From positions 1-64,000 of the forward strand of contig CP084166.1 in assembly GCA_021513695.1 (NCBI GenBank): DNA of 64,000 nucleotides, read 5' to 3'. Positions 58,203 to 64,000 of this stretch are shown here, one piece after another. The stretch is from Candidatus Heimdallarchaeum aukensis. GTDB taxonomy: Archaea; Asgardarchaeota; Heimdallarchaeia; Heimdallarchaeales; Heimdallarchaeaceae. The translations under genes were made by a program, and so were the position numbers. The stretch's first letter is position 1. The number at the start of each line of letters is the position of its first letter. The notes below the pieces were generated by a model. That model ran no database searches and was not told the origin of the DNA. It saw only the letters and a list, made by a program, of their open reading frames with translations.

Positions 58203-60710
58203 GTGAAAAAAGTTAATTTAGCGAGACAATGGGTGTTGTCAACAATTTTGACTGTTTCTTTTTCACTCTTTATAATAATGGGTTCAAACACTTTAATTTT
58301 AGAGACACGAATTCAAGGATTGACTCAATCTACTTTTGATAAATATCTCGAATCAAAAATTGAAAGCATGGAGCTCTCCAGTTATCAATTTGCATCTTCA
58401 ATAGATTCACTCTTTGAAGGATATATAGTCTCTCTGAATAACACAGCAAAGTATATTTCTCATCAACTTTACTCTAATGAATCACTGGAAATTTATGAAA
58501 AAAACTATTTAGAATTCACAAATAGTGATGAAACCCTATATCTAAATGGTTTAATAAATGCTAGTGTAAGGCGAGAAGAAAAAATTGGTTACTTAGACTT
58601 CTATAATGATGGAACAAACATTATGGATACTCCAGGATTAGTTATCACTGGAAAAATTAAAAATACAATCTCAATACAAGGAATTATAACAGTTCAAACA
58701 AATGCTTCATTATCTGGAGAACTTGCATTAAATTCTTCTTTGCTTCTTTTTTACTCTGAACCTAATTCTAGTTTGTTCTCTGTTGATATTTCAGATTTAT
58801 TTCAAAGTTATTTCAACAACTCATTTAATGTTACTCTTCTTGGTTCATGGAATGAAGATCCAAATTTGATTCCTCAAGTAATAAAGTCTAGGATTAATTT
58901 TACAGAGTTTAGTTTCTTTAAAGAGTATTATGTTTTAAATTCGCCTAAAATGTCAAATATTACCTTAACAAAAGAATTAGAAATCTCAAAAATTGATGGC
59001 TGTATTGAGGGTTATATCTTAGGGCAGTATAAAGGTATATTAAAAGGAAACATTAATGGAGTTTTAAGTGGTTCAATTGATTTGCGTCCTAAATATATTT
59101 ATCAACATTTTCCTTCTCTACGTCAATCTTTTTTGCAATGGGTTTATTATGCAACACCAAATTATTTTATCATTTATCCATATTATCCTAACTATTTTGA
59201 CCCTGAGCATTTATTAGCTTTAACTATCGAATTTAATTGGTTAAAAAGACCTTGGTATAATGAAATATTGGCTCAAGAAATAAATGAAACAAGAAAGGGC
59301 GTAAAAGCACATTTTTCTAGTTTAGGAGTAGACTATGTGTTAAAAAATTTATTTATTAGTCTAGGGCAAGCAATTTATAATTCCACAGATTACCAAGGCC
59401 TTTTAGTACAAGATTTCAATTTAGATTTTTTGAAAAATGCTTTAGAACTTAGGATCACTCAAGAAGATTTTAATTGGCTTGTAGACAATTCAGGAAATAT
59501 TCTTTATTCTCCTGAATACTTTGAAAAAGAGAATGTATTCATTTTAACTCCCTATCCTACTTCTAATGTTTTTAAATTAAACAACAGTGCTCTCTCTAAT
59601 TCATTTCTAGCTGCTAAAGCAGGTGAATTGTCTCATATTGAGTTAACCTTCAACGAAACATCATACTTAGTTTTTTATAGAGAACTTGCTTCGCCAGATT
59701 GGTGGATGATTCACTTTTCACCCGTGGATTTAATTCTTGAAGAAATACAACCATTAATTAATGAAATGGAGAAAAACTTCAGAAATGTAGAAGTTATGCT
59801 CTTAGTTACATTGTTTGTTATACTATCTATTGTTGGGAGTATTGAAATATTCTTGACTAGAAATTATACAAAAAACTTAACTAAACTTAGAAACGCTATA
59901 GATCGGGTTTCTAGTGGAGATTATAGCGTTTCTTTTGACTTTAATAGAGAAAAATTAAATGAAATTACTGAAGTATTCTTCCTATTTGAAGAAATGGCTA
60001 TCAAATTAAACGATTCAATTGAAAAAGAAAAACAATCGACAATTTTAGCAAACCTTGCTCTTGACTTGTTTATTCATGATATAGGCAATTATTTGCATGC
60101 TCTAAATGGTTATTTGGAATTAGTTTCATTAAGGTCGGAAACTGAAGAAATGAAATCTCTTCTAGAGAAAATACGAAGAGTATTAGAAAAGACTGAACGG
60201 TTAAGGGATAGAATAATTGTTCTCCGTTCTTTAAGCAGTAAAAAAATGACTTATGCAAAAGTGAATCTAAAACAACAAATAGTAAAAGCACTAGAAAACG
60301 TAAAAATCTTTTATCCACAATTCATGATAGATTATGTTCAGCTTTTTGAAGATGATTTTTCAATTTATGTTTGTAATTACTTCACTGATTTACTAGAAAA
60401 CATATTTGAATTCTTTGTAAAACAATCTCAAACTAAAAAAGTTTCACTTCAGATAGATGCAATAGAAAAAGAAAAACATCTAGAATTAATAATTGAAGGA
60501 AAAGGAAAAGGTTTAAGCTATAGCAGAAAAATTCAGATACAAGAAGAGTTAGCTACAGGTAGAAGACTTTCTGATTTTAATTTAATTACAGCATATATGA
60601 TTGTTAAAAGATCTGGCGGAAGTATGGTTATTGAGGATATGGTTGAAGGAAAACCAGAAGAAGGTTCTAAGCTAATTCTTAAATTACCTAAAAATACACA
60701 GAAAATATGA
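58203..60710 (+). CDS. sensor histidine kinase with large extracytoplasmic domain
   Basis: TM1 'VLSTILTVSFSLFIIM'. About 500-aa extracellular part. TM2 'MLLVTLFVILSIVGSIEIFL'. H-box 'HDIGNYL'. C-terminal ATPase G-boxes 'IEGKGKGLS' and 'GGSMVIEDM'. Confidence 0.75.
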   Translation: MKKVNLARQWVLSTILTVSFSLFIIMGSNTLILETRIQGLTQSTFDKYLESKIESMELSSYQFASSIDSLFEGYIVSLNNTAKYISHQLYSNESLEIYEKNYLEFTNSDETLYLNGLINASVRREEKIGYLDFYNDGTNIMDTPGLVITGKIKNTISIQGIITVQTNASLSGELALNSSLLLFYSEPNSSLFSVDISDLFQSYFNNSFNVTLLGSWNEDPNLIPQVIKSRINFTEFSFFKEYYVLNSPKMSNITLTKELEISKIDGCIEGYILGQYKGILKGNINGVLSGSIDLRPKYIYQHFPSLRQSFLQWVYYATPNYFIIYPYYPNYFDPEHLLALTIEFNWLKRPWYNEILAQEINETRKGVKAHFSSLGVDYVLKNLFISLGQAIYNSTDYQGLLVQDFNLDFLKNALELRITQEDFNWLVDNSGNILYSPEYFEKENVFILTPYPTSNVFKLNNSALSNSFLAAKAGELSHIELTFNETSYLVFYRELASPDWWMIHFSPVDLILEEIQPLINEMEKNFRNVEVMLLVTLFVILSIVGSIEIFLTRNYTKNLTKLRNAIDRVSSGDYSVSFDFNREKLNEITEVFFLFEEMAIKLNDSIEKEKQSTILANLALDLFIHDIGNYLHALNGYLELVSLRSETEEMKSLLEKIRRVLEKTERLRDRIIVLRSLSSKKMTYAKVNLKQQIVKALENVKIFYPQFMIDYVQLFEDDFSIYVCNYFTDLLENIFEFFVKQSQTKKVSLQIDAIEKEKHLELIIEGKGKGLSYSRKIQIQEELATGRRLSDFNLITAYMIVKRSGGSMVIEDMVEGKPEEGSKLILKLPKNTQKI

Positions 60711-61495
60711 AAAAACTAGCGATAATAGGCCTTGGTTTTATTGGAGAAACTGTAATTGATGCAATAATTAGTCAGAAAATTGATTTTGAAATACAAGCTA
60801 TTTATGATATAAATGAAAAAGTGCTAAAAAAAGTACAAAGACACTTAAAAAATGTAAGAATAATGAAAAACTTAACTGATTTTTCTGATTGTGATGTAGT
60901 AATAGAATGCGCGGTTCAATCAGTTGTTGAAGAAATATTTGATAAAGTATTGGAAGATAATATCTATTTTATACCAATGAGTATTGGTGCATTTGTAACA
61001 AATGAATCTCTTTACTTGAAGTATCAAAATTTGGATGAAGAGAAGAAAAAACTTATTCTTCTTCCTTCTGGGGCAATAGGGGGTTTTGATAGCATTGATG
61101 CAATCGCTTTGGAAGGATTAAACAGTGTTTTGTTAGAAACAAGAAAACCCTATCATGTTTTCGAAAAAAGTGCATATGCAATAAAAAATGGTATTAAATT
61201 AGATAAAAATAAAGAGACAATAATTTTTGAAGGAAACGCAAAAGAAGCAGCGAAAGAATTTCCACGTAGTATAAATGTCGCAGCTAGACTCTCGTTAGCT
61301 ACACTCGGGAGAGAAAAAACAAGAGTAAGAATTCTTTCAGATCCTTTAATTAATCAAAACATTCATCGAGTTTTTATTGAATCAAATGTTGGTTTATATG
61401 AATTCACATTTAAAAATAAACCTTCTCCTTCCAATCCAAAAACTTCTTGGTTAGCTGCTCTTTCTCTTATATCATTTTTGAAAAAGATTCAGTAA
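60707..61495 (+). CDS. nadX: L-aspartate dehydrogenase (NAD biosynthesis)
   Basis: Strong match to Thermotoga NadX: 'LPSGAIGGFDSIDA', 'FEGNAKEAAKEFPRSINVAA', 'NIHRVFIESNVGLYEFTFKNKPSPSNPKTS'. Confidence 0.8.
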   Translation: MKKLAIIGLGFIGETVIDAIISQKIDFEIQAIYDINEKVLKKVQRHLKNVRIMKNLTDFSDCDVVIECAVQSVVEEIFDKVLEDNIYFIPMSIGAFVTNESLYLKYQNLDEEKKKLILLPSGAIGGFDSIDAIALEGLNSVLLETRKPYHVFEKSAYAIKNGIKLDKNKETIIFEGNAKEAAKEFPRSINVAARLSLATLGREKTRVRILSDPLINQNIHRVFIESNVGLYEFTFKNKPSPSNPKTSWLAALSLISFLKKIQ

Positions 61496-61502
61496 TTTTA
61501 AA

Positions 61503-61805
61503 TTAATTTGTTTTTTCTTCTTTTTCTTTTTTGAGCTGTTCGATTTCTTGCTTTATATTTCTCCGTAATGGAATTATTACACTAAATATTAGTAGAATCG
61601 TAATTAGTAAAGTAAGGTAAGACCATAGAGATTGAAAATATCCAATTCCGTTATTCAAATCGATAATGTTGAAAATTGCTGAAACAACCCAAATTGTTAG
61701 AATACTTATTGAAAGAAGGATTTTTCTAATTAATGTTATTTTCATGTATTTTTTACTGTTTCTTATATCAGCTATATTTTCTTTCTCGTTTGTGTTTTCT
61801 GCCAT
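61503..61805 (-). CDS. small membrane protein (hypothetical)
   Basis: 100 aa with two hydrophobic helices. Confidence 0.3.
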   Translation of the reverse strand: MAENTNEKENIADIRNSKKYMKITLIRKILLSISILTIWVVSAIFNIIDLNNGIGYFQSLWSYLTLLITILLIFSVIIPLRRNIKQEIEQLKKEKEEKTN

Positions 61806-61975
61806 CTTAAATTCTCTGATTTGTTTGTTAATATATATTTTTCCTTTTTGTTACTTCTAAAATATAATTTCTAAAAAAAAATATATAATGAATTTAAGCT
61901 TCTAAATTAACTATTGATTGTCAATAACAAAACGTTAAAAATAAAATTGAAAAGAATATTTTTAGGTAGATAAAA

Positions 61976-63031
61976 ATGGTAAACGAAGAATTTTTAAAAA
62001 AACTTGTTATAACACCAAGGGCTACAGGATACGAGTTTGGAGCTCAACAAATAATTAAGGAATATCTTGAGAAAGATGTAGACGAGATTTATGCAGACAG
62101 AGTGGGAAATCTTTATGCTGTTATTAATCCAGAAAGTCCATTTAAAGTGATGTTAGCAGGGCATATAGATCAAATTGGTTTCCAAATTAGCTATATCGAT
62201 GATAATGGTTTCTTATGGTTTAAACCTCTAGGTGGTTTCGATACTTCTACTTTACCTGGAAAGAGAGTAAAAGTTATAGGGAAAGGAGGGACATTTTTAG
62301 GAGTAATAGGCAAGAAAGCCATTCACTTGATGAAACCAGATGAAAGGAAGAAAGCACCTGAAATGGAAAAACTCTTCATTGATATTGGATGTAAGGATAA
62401 AGAAGAAGCTTCAACTAAAGTTCAAGTGGGAGACTTTGCTGTTTTTGATTATGGCTATGATAGATTAGGAGAACACAACTATGCAGTTTCTGCTGGTTTT
62501 GATGACTCTATAGGCTCATTTATTGTAGCAGAGATAATGAAAGAACTTGCCAAAGACAAAAACTTTTACGCTGGCGTGTATGGTGTTTCTACTGTTCAAG
62601 AAGAGATAGGATTACGCGGAGCTATTGTTGCAGCAAAGAAAATCAGTCCTGATGTGGGAATAGCTTTTGATGTAGGCTTTGCTTCTGATGCACCAGAGAT
62701 TGATAAAAAAGATGTAGGAGAAGTTAAACTTGGTGAAGGACCTATTATCTCTATTGGACCAAACCTAAACCCTGTACTAGTTAAAAGAATAATAGAAATA
62801 GCCGAGAAAAATGAAATTCCCATTCAACCTCATGCTGCTAATAGAGGAACAGGGACAGATGCAAATGCTATACAGCTATCAGGAGCAGCTACAGCTTTAG
62901 TTGGTATTCCAAATAGGTATATGCATACAGCTTCTGAAGTAATCTCTCTTGATGATGTAAAAAATATTGTAAAATTAGTAGTAGAAGTAATTAAATCAAT
63001 AACTGAAGAAGATACATTTATTCCATTCTAA
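61976..63031 (+). CDS. M42-family aminopeptidase (TET/FrvX-like)
   Basis: 'LAGHIDQIGFQI' and metal-ligand regions typical of M42 peptidases. 351 aa. Confidence 0.8.
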   Translation: MVNEEFLKKLVITPRATGYEFGAQQIIKEYLEKDVDEIYADRVGNLYAVINPESPFKVMLAGHIDQIGFQISYIDDNGFLWFKPLGGFDTSTLPGKRVKVIGKGGTFLGVIGKKAIHLMKPDERKKAPEMEKLFIDIGCKDKEEASTKVQVGDFAVFDYGYDRLGEHNYAVSAGFDDSIGSFIVAEIMKELAKDKNFYAGVYGVSTVQEEIGLRGAIVAAKKISPDVGIAFDVGFASDAPEIDKKDVGEVKLGEGPIISIGPNLNPVLVKRIIEIAEKNEIPIQPHAANRGTGTDANAIQLSGAATALVGIPNRYMHTASEVISLDDVKNIVKLVVEVIKSITEEDTFIPF

Positions 63032-63043
63032 TTTCCTTTTTTT

Positions 63044-63880
63044 TTATTCAATTAGCATTGAAAGATCAAAGTTTTTTACCGAATGAGTTAAGGAACCAGA
63101 AGAAATATGGTTAACATTCTCTAATTCAAAATCTTCAATGTTGTCAATTTTTATGTTACCACTTAATTCAATAAGTATATTTTGGTTTATTTCTCTAATC
63201 TTTTTAACAACATGTTTTGCTTGTATTGGTTTAAAGTTATCAAGCATAATTATATCTGCTCCAGCTTTTGCTGCTTCAATAGCTTCCTCTTCATTTTTTA
63301 CTTCTACTTCTATTTTTTTACTAAAACTTACAGTTTCTTTTGCTTTTGCTATAGCTTCTGTTATTGAACTAAAAAGAGATAAGTGATTCTCTTTTAACAA
63401 AACCATGTCAGAAAGATTAAATCGATGAGTATCTCCACCACCTATTGTAACAGCATATTTATCATATTTTGCTAAACCAGGAACAGTCTTTCTAGTGGCG
63501 CATATTTTAAGGTTTGGGTTAATTTTTCTCGTTTTTTCTATCATTTGAGCAGTAGTTGTTGCTATTCCAGACATTCTACCAAGTATATTCAAAGCGATTC
63601 TTTCTCCTTGAAGAAGACTCTTGATGTTACCTTTGATTTCTGCAATAACTTGTTTTTTACTAACTTTTTGCCCCTCTTGCACATTTGCGTTCCATTCTGC
63701 TCCAAGAAGAGTAAAGATTTTTTCTGCAACTGTTAAACCTGCAATAATACCTTCCTGTTTAGCGAAAATTTTTGCTTTTACTTTTTTATCTGGAAGAAGA
63801 TTAGTTGTAATATCCCAATAAGGGATATCCTCTTTTAACCATTCTTTGATATCTTCTTCAATAAGAATCTCTGGTATCAT
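63044..63880 (-). CDS. nadC: nicotinate-nucleotide pyrophosphorylase (quinolinate phosphoribosyltransferase)
   Basis: 'ATRKTVPGLAKYDKYAVTIGGGDTHRFNLSDMVLLKENH' is characteristic of NadC. A probable nadA start lies just beyond, at the window edge (minus strand after 63897). Confidence 0.85.
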   Translation of the reverse strand: MIPEILIEEDIKEWLKEDIPYWDITTNLLPDKKVKAKIFAKQEGIIAGLTVAEKIFTLLGAEWNANVQEGQKVSKKQVIAEIKGNIKSLLQGERIALNILGRMSGIATTTAQMIEKTRKINPNLKICATRKTVPGLAKYDKYAVTIGGGDTHRFNLSDMVLLKENHLSLFSSITEAIAKAKETVSFSKKIEVEVKNEEEAIEAAKAGADIIMLDNFKPIQAKHVVKKIREINQNILIELSGNIKIDNIEDFELENVNHISSGSLTHSVKNFDLSMLIE

Positions 63881-64000
63881 TGTGAAAACCAGATTTTTTC
63901 TAGTATTTTAGCATATTGTTTACTGCGTTGAAAGCTCGTTTTCTGATTCCTTCTTCAATTTCTATTATATTTTCTTCCTTTGGATTTTCTAAACACTCTA

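Noticed and set aside
1-64000. CRISPR arrays, tRNA and rRNA genes
   Set aside because: No short regularly spaced direct repeats were found. No tRNA-like GC-rich cloverleaf islands or rRNA-like conserved stretches were found in any intergenic region I read.

Overview
This is an AT-rich (about 30% GC by eye) archaeal chromosomal segment with roughly 55 protein-coding genes, no rRNA or tRNA genes and no CRISPR array that I could detect. The gene content points to an Asgard or Lokiarchaeia-like archaeon: an archaeal class I CCA-adding enzyme, a UPF0200/UPF0201 gene pair, a family-B DNA polymerase, and eukaryote-like signalling proteins (an Arf-like small GTPase with a C-terminal extra domain, and a standalone 23-residue-repeat LRR protein). 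That assignment is an inference from the sequence, not a search result.

Housekeeping content includes PolB, PRPP synthetase, a tRNA maturation neighbourhood (Trm-G10-like methyltransferase, RNase Z, 2'-5' RNA ligase LigT and the CCA enzyme), IscS and IscU, Kbl, NadX and NadC, an M42 peptidase, and a four-gene ABC importer with fused permease and two ATPases.

Accessory and signalling content includes two receiver-domain proteins and a histidine kinase. Two very large convergent surface proteins carry a beta-helix plus thrombospondin-type-3-like calcium-binding repeats. There is also a DMT transporter fused to an Lrp/AsnC RAM domain, next to a standalone RAM protein.

Two mobile elements stand out by higher GC. 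One is an IS200/IS605-type element carrying only tnpB (26343..27800). Its 3' end plus downstream right-end region, the usual location of the omegaRNA (the RNA guide of TnpB), is duplicated in exact head-to-tail tandem (721 bp x2, 27360..28801). The other is an IS5-like element (about 31153..32172) with 13-bp terminal inverted repeats.

Other points worth a second look: PolB has intact polymerase motifs but a degenerate Exo I motif; an orphan ABC ATPase carries a roughly 190-aa insertion; that insertion shares a 27-aa segment with the C-terminal extension of IscU; and a class V aminotransferase-fold protein appears to lack the PLP lysine.
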